26,120 bases of DNA from Candidatus Omnitrophota bacterium (lineage in GTDB: Bacteria > Ratteibacteria > UBA8468 > MWAK01), in NCBI GenBank assembly GCA_043797665.1, contig JAZDPL010000051.1, positions 1 through 26,120 of the forward strand. The letters run 5' to 3'. Position numbers and translations under genes: made by a program. The number at the start of each line of letters is the position of its first letter. Position 1 is the stretch's first letter. Shown here one piece after another: positions 1 through 6,560 of the stretch. The notes under the pieces were generated by a model, which saw only the letters and a program-made list of their open reading frames with translations, did not search any database and was not told the origin of the DNA.

Positions 1-13
1 CTGCGACTACTGC

Positions 14-45
14 TGGATTCCGGCTACAGACATACCGGAATGACA
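14..45. repeat. Right half of a TGTCA...TGACA-type palindromic element (cut by the window edge)
   Basis: TGGATTCCGG-ctacagacata-CCGGAATGACA resembles the right halves at 2921-2952, 5652-5683 and 19495-19553. Confidence 0.7.
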
Positions 46-65
46 ATTGAAAGGATACACGCAGA

Positions 66-88
66 CGGGAGCGGTAGGACCGGTAGGT
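66..88. repeat. 23-bp direct repeat, copy of the nspC 3' end
   Basis: CGGGAGCGGTAGGACCGGTAGGT is identical to 456-478. Confidence 0.9.
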
Positions 89-99
89 AAATCTTGTTT

Positions 100-309
100 T
101 TAAACCGCTACATATTCGGCGATGGTCTGAGTTTCCGGAATGGGTAATCCGTCCTCCAGTAAACCCTGGATATGCATTTCAATTGCCTTATGCATATTCT
201 CTTCTGTCTCGCCCCGAGTAGTTCCGGTAGCAACACAACCAGGTAGATCTGGAGAATAAGCGGAATAGTTTCCATTAGCCTTTTCAACCACAATCAAAAA
301 CCGGTGCAT
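100..309 (-). CDS. hicB: HicB-family antitoxin (short form, 69 aa)
   Basis: YSAYSPDLPGCVATGTT..E......AIEMHIQGLLEDGLPIP is the typical HicB pattern. Confidence 0.9.
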   Translation of the reverse strand: MHRFLIVVEKANGNYSAYSPDLPGCVATGTTRGETEENMHKAIEMHIQGLLEDGLPIPETQTIAEYVAV

Positions 310-383
310 ACTATTTTACCCCTGGTAACCACCAAGTACCATCCATCTTTTTCTATTATCTTAATAATTTCACGTACTTTCAC
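294..383 (-). pseudogene. hicA: Truncated HicA toxin remnant
   Basis: From GTG at 383 the frame reads MKVREIIKIIEKDGWYLVVTRG (HicA N-terminus). It then loses the expected GSH motif and stops after 29 codons, inside hicB. Confidence 0.8.
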
Positions 384-397
384 TTTTTTGTATATTT

Positions 398-427
398 ATT
401 ATACCTTTTGACCTTAAATTACGTCAA
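398..427 (-). promoter_or_regulatory. Sigma70-type promoter of hicAB
   Basis: TTGACG-N18-TATAAT on the minus strand, 14 nt upstream of the hicA GTG. Confidence 0.65.
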
Positions 428-445
428 TAGGCGTTGTCTGTTGTT

Positions 446-1591
446 TTACGAGAGGCGGGAGCGGTAGGACCGGTAGGTGAAGGTTTTGATAATTTTGACT
501 TTTTGGGTGTTGGGATAATAGACCGCGATGGAAGGCAGGCGCACACCGTTGAAGGTGTTGTTCTTGACCATTGAATAGTGCGCCATATCAAGAAAGACAA
601 GTTTGGAACCAAATTTTAGCGGTTCCGGAAAGGAATAGTCGCCGATAATGTCGCCGGCCAGGCAGGAGAGTCCTCCCAAACGGTAGGTGTAAGAATATTG
701 TCCGGGTTTACCCGCACCAACAATCTCCGGCCGGTACGGCATCTCCAGAACGTCCGGGATGTGAGTGGCGGCCGAGGTGTCCAGAATGGCGATGTCCATC
801 TCGTTATGGACGATGTCCAGAACCGAGGCAACTAAATAACCGGCATTGAGAACCACCGCCTCACCCGGCTCCAGATAGACCTCCACGCCATACCGGTTCC
901 GGAAATCAATAATCAAACGACATAATCGCTTAATATCGTAGTCATTTTTGGTGATGTGGTGTCCGCCGCCGAAGTTCATCCACTCCATCCGTTCAAGGTA
1001 CTTCCCGAACTTTGCCTCTACAGACTTTAGTGTCCGTTCTAAGGCATCGGAATTCAATTCGCACAGGGTATGAAAGTGGAAACCGGTTATTCCGTCTAAT
1101 TTATCTCTCTGGAAATTCTCCGCGGTAATTCCCAACCGGGAGTACTTACTACAGGGGTCATAAAGCGGTACCGTTACCTCAGAATGCCGGGGATTGAGCC
1201 GAAGCCCGCACTTAATTGATGCCTTTTTTCGATATTTTTCAACCTGGGGTTTAAACCGCTGCCACTGGGAAAAGGAGTTAAAGACGATGTGGTCAACGTA
1301 AGTGATAATCTCCGGGAACTGGTCTGGGCAATAGGCGGGTGCGCAGAGGTGTACTTCCTTGCCGAATTCTTCAAACCCCAAACGGGCTTCGTCTAAGGAA
1401 CTGGCTGAGGTACCGGCTAAGTATTTCCTCATCAGGGGAAAGACACTGAAGGCAGCGAAGGCTTTAAGCGCTAAAAGAATTTTAGCGCCGGATTCCTTCT
1501 GGACCCTGGCGAGAATCTTCAGGTTTCTCTGAAGCGCGACCTGGTCAATGAGGTAACAGGGAGTGGAAATTTTATTCAGGGGTAAAATCAT
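446..1591 (-). CDS. nspC: Carboxynorspermidine decarboxylase
   Basis: LLALKAF (PLP lysine), YDPC...SRLG, GFHFHTLCE, NFGGGHHIT, EPGEA, DVLEMPY, SCLAGD and YSMVKNNTFNG motifs; adjacent to its dehydrogenase partner. Confidence 0.95.
   Translation of the reverse strand: MILPLNKISTPCYLIDQVALQRNLKILARVQKESGAKILLALKAFAAFSVFPLMRKYLAGTSASSLDEARLGFEEFGKEVHLCAPAYCPDQFPEIITYVDHIVFNSFSQWQRFKPQVEKYRKKASIKCGLRLNPRHSEVTVPLYDPCSKYSRLGITAENFQRDKLDGITGFHFHTLCELNSDALERTLKSVEAKFGKYLERMEWMNFGGGHHITKNDYDIKRLCRLIIDFRNRYGVEVYLEPGEAVVLNAGYLVASVLDIVHNEMDIAILDTSAATHIPDVLEMPYRPEIVGAGKPGQYSYTYRLGGLSCLAGDIIGDYSFPEPLKFGSKLVFLDMAHYSMVKNNTFNGVRLPSIAVYYPNTQKVKIIKTFTYRSYRSRLS
456..478. repeat. 23-bp direct repeat within the nspC 3' end
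   Basis: Identical to 66-88. Confidence 0.9.
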
Positions 1592-1599
1592 ATTTTTTT

Positions 1600-1649
1600 G
1601 TAGGGGCGCGATTTATCGCGCCCGAGGGCGCCATGAATGGCGCCCCTAC
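1600..1649. repeat. 50-bp GTAG-REP doublet; supplies the TAG stop of the dehydrogenase gene
   Basis: GTAG GGGCGCG ATTTAT CGCGCCC GA GGGCGCC ATGAAT GGCGCCC CTAC; CTA at 1646-1648 is the stop. Confidence 0.95.
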
Positions 1650-2857
1650 ATTACCTCTTTTATCACCCAGGGGAGGCCGTGGAGGTTCATCTTCTCCATA
1701 AACGGGTCAGGGTCAAACTCCTCCACGTTGAAGACGCCCTTTCCTCTCCAGACCCCGGTCAGCATCAACATCGCGCCAATCATCGCGGGAACGCCGGTGG
1801 TGTAGGAAATCGCCTGCGCCTTCACTTCCCGGTAACATTCGGCGTGGTCACAGACGTTGTAGATATACACCGTTTTCTTCTTCCCGTTCTTTACGCCTTC
1901 TATCCAGCAGCCGATGTTGGTCTTGCCTTTGTAGTTGACGCCAAGCGAAGATGGTTCCGGCAGAACCGCCTTGAGAAATTTTAACGGTATAATCCTGTTG
2001 TCTTCAAAATCAATCGGGTCAATGCGGGTCATACCTACATCCTGAAGGACTCTAAGGTAGTTCAGATATTTTTCGCCGAAAGTCATCCAAAACCGAATCC
2101 GCCTTAAGCCCTTGATGTTCTTGACCAGGGATTCCAATTCCTCGTGGTACATCAGGTACATCTCCTTAGGACCAACCTCCGGAAAATCAAAGGTCTTGTG
2201 TACTGATAACGGGTCGGTCTCAAGCCACTTTCCATCTTCCCAGTACTTCCCGCGCTGGGTAATCTCCCGGATGTTAATCTCCGGGTTGAAGTTGGTGGCA
2301 AACGGGTGGCCGTGCTCTCCGGCGTTGCAGTCCATAATGTCCACGCAGTGGATTTCGTCAAAGTAGTGTTTCTGACCGTAGGCACAGAAGATATTGGTCA
2401 CGCCCGGGTCAAAACCGCAGCCCAAAAGCGCCATAATCCCTTTGTTCCTGAACCGCTCCTGATAATCCCACTGCCACTTGTAGCAAAATTTCGCCTCGTT
2501 CGGCGGCTCATAGTTTGCGGTATCCAGGTAGTCAACGCTGGTCCGGAGGCAGGCGTCCATAATGGAGAGGTCCTGGTAAGGTAAGGCAACGTTAATGACC
2601 AGAACCGGTTTGAACCGGTTGATTAAATCCTCCACCTCGGCAACATTATCCGCATTAACCTTTGCGGTCTGGATGGGTTTACCTGCCGTAGCCTTGGCGT
2701 AGGCAGGCCGGTGGCTTATCTGTTCCTTGATCTTTTCGCACTTTTCCAGTGTCCGGCTGGCTAAACAGATTCCGGTAAAGACTTCCGGTACCTGGGCGCA
2801 CTTGTGAGTCACCACGCCGCCGACACCGCCTGCTCCGATAATTAACACTCTTCCCAT
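1646..2857 (-). CDS. Saccharopine-dehydrogenase-family protein, likely carboxy(nor)spermidine synthase
   Basis: MGRVLIIGAGGVG Rossmann motif, NVALPYQDL, YLDTANYEP, GFDPGVT and FATNFNPEINIREI. Start moved to ATG 2857 (AGAGGGAGG upstream); the ORF-track extension runs through a repeat. Confidence 0.92.
   Translation of the reverse strand: MGRVLIIGAGGVGGVVTHKCAQVPEVFTGICLASRTLEKCEKIKEQISHRPAYAKATAGKPIQTAKVNADNVAEVEDLINRFKPVLVINVALPYQDLSIMDACLRTSVDYLDTANYEPPNEAKFCYKWQWDYQERFRNKGIMALLGCGFDPGVTNIFCAYGQKHYFDEIHCVDIMDCNAGEHGHPFATNFNPEINIREITQRGKYWEDGKWLETDPLSVHKTFDFPEVGPKEMYLMYHEELESLVKNIKGLRRIRFWMTFGEKYLNYLRVLQDVGMTRIDPIDFEDNRIIPLKFLKAVLPEPSSLGVNYKGKTNIGCWIEGVKNGKKKTVYIYNVCDHAECYREVKAQAISYTTGVPAMIGAMLMLTGVWRGKGVFNVEEFDPDPFMEKMNLHGLPWVIKEVM
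2682..2707. repeat. Short imperfect palindrome in frame within the dehydrogenase (PAYAKATAG)
   Basis: CCTGCC-gtagccttggcgta-GGCAGG, in the loop before PIQTAKVNADN. Confidence 0.6.
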
Positions 2858-2873
2858 CTTCCTCCCTCTTGGG

Positions 2874-2952
2874 GTCATTCCTGTATGTAGTAAACAGGAA
2901 TCCATTGAAAGTGCTTGTACTGGATTCCCGCTAAACACTTGCGGGAATGACA
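2874..2952. repeat. GTCATTCC...GGAATGACA double-hairpin element
   Basis: GTCATTCCTG..CAGGAATCC, spacer, GGATTCCCGC..GCGGGAATGACA; similar to 5612-5683 and 19450-19553. Confidence 0.9.
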
Positions 2953-2963
2953 GATGCATTGTT

Positions 2964-2993
2964 ATTTTACTCTTTTTAGAATTTAAAATTCAA
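2964..2993 (-). promoter_or_regulatory. Putative promoter of the spermidine operon
   Basis: TTGAAT-N18-TAAAAT on the minus strand. Confidence 0.45.
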
Positions 2994-2996
2994 GCC

Positions 2997-3096
2997 AAAT
3001 CCCCCTTTTCCCCCCTACCTTGATGGTAGTGTACCCGCCTTTTGCAAAGGCGGGTACACTTGCCATAGGATTGGCAAGGGGGAGGTAAGAGAGATT
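2997..3096. repeat. Composite ATCCCCC...AAGGGGGAGGTAAG element with a nested 15-bp-stem hairpin
   Basis: AGTGTACCCGCCTTT-tgc-AAAGGCGGGTACACT (3028-3060). Shares CCCGCCTTTTGCAAAGG and AAGGGGGAGGTAAG with the reverse complement of 11311-11344. Confidence 0.7.
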
Positions 3097-3103
3097 AGAT
3101 GAG

Positions 3104-3112
3104 TGGTATAAT
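3104..3112 (+). promoter_or_regulatory. Extended -10 (TGgTATAAT) immediately before polA; probable leaderless transcript
   Basis: TATAAT ends at 3112, ATGATG is at 3116-3121, and there is no Shine-Dalgarno in between. Confidence 0.55.
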
Positions 3113-3115
3113 ATA

Positions 3116-5587
3116 ATGATGGAAAAAGTATTTTTAATCGATGCCAATGCGGTTGCCTACCGCTCATTCTTTGCCATCAAAGACCTGGCTACTTCTTATG
3201 GCCAGCCAACCAATGCGGTCTACGGTTTTATCAATACCCTGAACAAGATTATCCGGGAAACTGAACCTGATTATCTGGTCTGTGCCTTCGATGCGCCGGG
3301 TGAGACCTTCCGGCACAAAATCTTTGCCGAGTATAAACTCCAACGACCCGGCATGCCGGAGGGGCTTATCTCCCAGTTGCCTTTGATTAAAGAGGTCCTC
3401 TCTGCCTACCGCATCCCGGTTGTGGAACAATCAGGTTTTGAGGCTGACGATATCCTGTATTCTCTCGCAGAAAAAGGAAAGGAAAAGGGTATCGCGGTCT
3501 ATATCGTTACTGCAGACAAGGACCTGCTTCAGTTGGTCTCGGATGTGATAAAAGTCTTCCACCCTCAGACCTACGAAACCATTGACCTTCAAAAGGTGGT
3601 GGAAAAATTTGGCGTAACACCGGAAAGGATTCCGGACTTAATGGCTTTAATCGGTGACAGCACCGATAACATCCCCGGCGTTAAAGGTATCGGCGAGAAG
3701 ACCGGCGTGCCTCTGATTCAGCGTTTCGGTTCCCTGGAAAATTTATATCAGCATTTAGCGGAAGTACCCGGGGAGGGGCTGCGCCGTAAATTGGAAGAAG
3801 GCAGAGAAACGGCATTTTTGAGCAAGCGGCTGGCAACGCTCTCTCCCTCACCTCTGTCCTCGGAAGGTAGGGGCGCCATTCATGGCGCCCGCGGGTCGGA
3901 TGAATCCGACCCCTACTGGGAAGAATTCCGCCTTCAGGAACCGGATAAAAAGAAGTTAGCCGAACTATTCCGGCGTTTAGAATTCCGCAAGATGTTGAAA
4001 GAGGTAGAGCCGGAAGGTTCCCCGGACTATTTTCTTCTGGTGCCGGGCGGAAAGATCGTTTTTGAAGATATCCTTAAAGATCCGTCCGCGTTTACCCCGG
4101 CACTCTCTTCTGACCGGGTGCTCAAGGCCGGCACTGATCTTAAGGAGAAATTAAAGATCCTTCCCCCCGGTCTCGCAATTTCCGGGCCCTTCTTTGACTT
4201 TGGCGTAGCAGCCAGCCTCTGTGAAAAACAGGCTTCTTCCGGAGAGCCGGAAGAGACTCTGCAGTTTTACCGGAAAGAACTCAAAAATTTGGGCTTACAG
4301 AAACTCTTTGAAGAAGTAGAGATGCCGCTTTTGCCCATTCTAACTGAGATGGAAAAAACCGGCGTCTATCTTGACGTTCCTTATCTGGAAAACCTGAGAT
4401 GCCATTTTACGGAAGTCCTCCAAGAACTTGAATCCAAAATTTTCCAATTGGCCGGGAAACCTTTTAACATTAACTCTCCCCGGCAATTGGCAATCATTCT
4501 CTTTGAAGAGTTGAAACTCCCCTTCGTCAAAAAGACCAAAACCGGATTTTCCACCGACAGTTCGGTCTTAGATGCTCTGGCTCCTCTTCATCCGGTAATT
4601 CCCTTAATTCTCAACTACCGCCAGATTGCTAAACTGAACTCCACCTATGTTGATACATTGCCCGCAATGGTTGACCCGAAGGACGGAAGACTCCACACTA
4701 TCTTCAATCCTGTTGGCGCGGTAACCGGTCGTCTCTCCAGTGAAAAACCCAACCTCCAGAATATTCCGGTAGAAACACCGGAAGGTGGTTCTATCCGTCG
4801 GGCTTTCTGCCGGCAAAAGCAGGGCGATATTCTCTGCGCCTTCGACTATTCCCAGATTGAACTGCGAATACTGGCTCACCTTTCTGAAGACCCTGCCTTA
4901 ATCCAAGCCTTTCAGGAGGATCGGGATATCCATACGGAGACCGCCAGGGCCCTTTTTCGCAAAGGTAGGGGCTCGATTCATCGAGCCTGCGGGTCGGATG
5001 AATCCGACCCCTACATTTCGCGGGTGGGGGTGAATGATGTCTCCGCGGCAGAACGCCGGGCAGCCAAAATCGTTAACTTCGGCATCATCTACGGAATGAG
5101 CGCCTTTGGTCTCAGCCGGCAGTTAGGCATCTCTCCGGAAGAAGCCCAGCACTTCATTAACACCTATTTCCAACAATATGCCGGGGTCAAGGAGTTTATC
5201 ACTCAAACACTTGATTTTGCACGAGATAAAGGTTACGTTACCACTATCCTGGGCCGGCGCAGGTCCATTCCGGAAATCAAGAATAAGCGCAGTCAGGAAC
5301 GTATGTCAGCGGAACGAACCGCAGTCAATACGCCGGTTCAGGGTAGTGCCGCTGACGTGATTAAGTCCGCCATGGTAAAATGTGCTTCTCTCTTGACAAC
5401 CAGAAATTTAAATAGTAAAATGTTACTTCAGATTCATGATGAACTGCTCTTTGAATCTCCGGAAACCGAAAGAGAGGTTTTGGTCCCTCTGGTAAAGGAG
5501 GCAATGGAAACCGCGGTTCCGCTCTCCATCTCTTTAAAAGTAGACGCAAAAAGCGGTATCAACTGGCAGGACTTGACAAAGATATAA
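3116..5587 (+). CDS. polA: DNA polymerase I with a shortened central (3'-5' exonuclease) region and two REP-derived insertions
   Basis: 5'-3' exonuclease motifs (LIDAN..YR, EADD, GDSTDNIPGVKGIG) and polymerase motifs TGRLSS..PNLQNIP, DYSQIELR, RRAAKIVNFGIIYG and LQIHDEL. Confidence 0.97.
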   Translation: MMEKVFLIDANAVAYRSFFAIKDLATSYGQPTNAVYGFINTLNKIIRETEPDYLVCAFDAPGETFRHKIFAEYKLQRPGMPEGLISQLPLIKEVLSAYRIPVVEQSGFEADDILYSLAEKGKEKGIAVYIVTADKDLLQLVSDVIKVFHPQTYETIDLQKVVEKFGVTPERIPDLMALIGDSTDNIPGVKGIGEKTGVPLIQRFGSLENLYQHLAEVPGEGLRRKLEEGRETAFLSKRLATLSPSPLSSEGRGAIHGARGSDESDPYWEEFRLQEPDKKKLAELFRRLEFRKMLKEVEPEGSPDYFLLVPGGKIVFEDILKDPSAFTPALSSDRVLKAGTDLKEKLKILPPGLAISGPFFDFGVAASLCEKQASSGEPEETLQFYRKELKNLGLQKLFEEVEMPLLPILTEMEKTGVYLDVPYLENLRCHFTEVLQELESKIFQLAGKPFNINSPRQLAIILFEELKLPFVKKTKTGFSTDSSVLDALAPLHPVIPLILNYRQIAKLNSTYVDTLPAMVDPKDGRLHTIFNPVGAVTGRLSSEKPNLQNIPVETPEGGSIRRAFCRQKQGDILCAFDYSQIELRILAHLSEDPALIQAFQEDRDIHTETARALFRKGRGSIHRACGSDESDPYISRVGVNDVSAAERRAAKIVNFGIIYGMSAFGLSRQLGISPEEAQHFINTYFQQYAGVKEFITQTLDFARDKGYVTTILGRRRSIPEIKNKRSQERMSAERTAVNTPVQGSAADVIKSAMVKCASLLTTRNLNSKMLLQIHDELLFESPETEREVLVPLVKEAMETAVPLSISLKVDAKSGINWQDLTKI
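3867..3916. repeat. 50-bp GTAG-REP doublet in frame within polA (GRGAIHGARGSDESDPY)
   Basis: GTAG GGGCGCC ATTCAT GGCGCCC GC GGGTCGG ATGAAT CCGACCC CTAC. Confidence 0.95.
4965..5014. repeat. 50-bp GTAG-REP doublet in frame within polA (GRGSIHRACGSDESDPY)
   Basis: GTAG GGGCTCG ATTCAT CGAGCCT GC GGGTCGG ATGAAT CCGACCC CTAC. Confidence 0.95.
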
Positions 5588-5602
5588 TATTTAAGGTACA
5601 AT
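5573..5602 (+). promoter_or_regulatory. Sigma70-type promoter of the prepilin gene
   Basis: TTGACA-N18-TACAAT overlapping the end of polA. Confidence 0.65.
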
Positions 5603-5611
5603 AGATTCAGG

Positions 5612-5683
5612 GTTATTCCTGCGGATAGTAAGCAGGAATCTAAACTCTGTATGGATTCCCGCCTAAAGCATGCGGGAATGACA
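5612..5683. repeat. GTYATTCC...GGAATGACA double-hairpin element in the prepilin 5' UTR
   Basis: GTTATTCCTGC..GCAGGAATC, spacer, GGATTCCCGC..GCGGGAATGACA. Confidence 0.9.
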
Positions 5684-5712
5684 CAATGACATAAACGAAA
5701 GGGGGTGAAAAA

Positions 5713-6336
5713 ATGAAGAACATGAAAAAGAAAGGGTTTACGTTGATTGAGCTTCTGGTTGTTATTGCCATTATCGCCATTCTTGCGGCGATGCTTCTCC
5801 CGGCATTAGCCAGAGCCCGAGAGCAAGCCCGAAGAGCCAACTGCATCAGCAACCTGAAACAGATGGGACTGGCTACCCACATGTATGCCCAGGACTACAG
5901 CGAAACGTTCCCGGTAGCATGGCCCTCGGGGGGTAGAACAGCCGCAACGGACCTTACCGCCTTGGTTGCGGGTAACTACATCACCGCAACGAAAACCTAT
6001 GTCTGTCCCAGCAGCAGCGATAAGGCCACTACCACGACCTCCCTTAACGTCGGCTACCTCTCCTATGCCTATGCAAAGGATTTGACGGAAACCACTACCG
6101 TAGACAGTGTGGTGCTGATTGACCAGTCCGGTTCAACTGTCAGTCTCTGGACGGGTACCTATTCCAGCAACAGACTGACCGCTACGCCCCAGAACCACAG
6201 CAGTGGTGAGGGTATAAACGCCCTCTACGTCGATGGCCACGTATCGTGGATAACCGCGGGTAAGGTGGACTCTACAACTGTACCGCAGTCGGGTTACGCA
6301 CACACGACTGGTGCTCTCCGGAATCCGGGAACTTAA
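5713..6336 (+). CDS. Prepilin-type N-terminal cleavage/methylation protein, DUF1559 / H-X9-DG-like
   Basis: [32 protein letters not shown]...C.SNLKQ.GLA..MY..DY and C-terminal NH....[12 protein letters not shown]-like GGGGGTG upstream. Confidence 0.93.
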   Translation: MKNMKKKGFTLIELLVVIAIIAILAAMLLPALARAREQARRANCISNLKQMGLATHMYAQDYSETFPVAWPSGGRTAATDLTALVAGNYITATKTYVCPSSSDKATTTTSLNVGYLSYAYAKDLTETTTVDSVVLIDQSGSTVSLWTGTYSSNRLTATPQNHSSGEGINALYVDGHVSWITAGKVDSTTVPQSGYAHTTGALRNPGT

Positions 6337-6354
6337 TCTCTGCATCTAGGATAA

Positions 6355-6404
6355 GTAGCGGTCGGATTTATCCGACCCGCGGGCTTGATAAATCAAGCCC
6401 CTAC
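6355..6404. repeat. 50-bp GTAG-REP doublet, intergenic
   Basis: GTAG CGGTCGG ATTTAT CCGACCC GC GGGCTTG ATAAAT CAAGCCC CTAC. Confidence 0.95.
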
Positions 6405-6415
6405 AATACATAAAG

Positions 6416-6444
6416 AAGGCGTAGATTAAATCTACGCCTTTTTT
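6416..6444 (+). terminator. Rho-independent terminator after the prepilin gene
   Basis: AAGGCGTAGAT-taa-ATCTACGCCTT followed by a T run. Confidence 0.8.
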
Positions 6445-6456
6445 ATTGCACCCCCC

Positions 6457-6495
6457 TGTCATTCTGAGCCCTGTATTTTAGGACGTGGCAACCTC
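6457..6495. repeat. Degenerate half TGTCA-type element
   Basis: TGTCATTCTGAG...GACGTGGCAACCTC resembles the elements at 10559, 12701 and 8356. Confidence 0.5.
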
Positions 6496-6510
6496 ATTTC
6501 TTTTTTCGCT

Positions 6511-6560
6511 GTAGGGGTTCGATTCATCGAACCCGCGGGCGCCATGAATGGCGCCCCTAC
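6511..6560. repeat. 50-bp GTAG-REP doublet; supplies the TAG stop of the ligase gene
   Basis: GTAG GGGTTCG ATTCAT CGAACCC GC GGGCGCC ATGAAT GGCGCCC CTAC; CTA at 6557-6559. Confidence 0.95.

Noticed and set aside
2858..2959. 34-aa N-terminal extension of the dehydrogenase in the ORF track
   Set aside because: It is the translation of the 2874-2952 repeat; the family-typical start MGRVLIIGAG has its own purine-rich SD.
3867..5014. PolA insertions as inteins or introns
   Set aside because: They are far too short, lack intein terminal residues and intron structure, and match the intergenic REP family.
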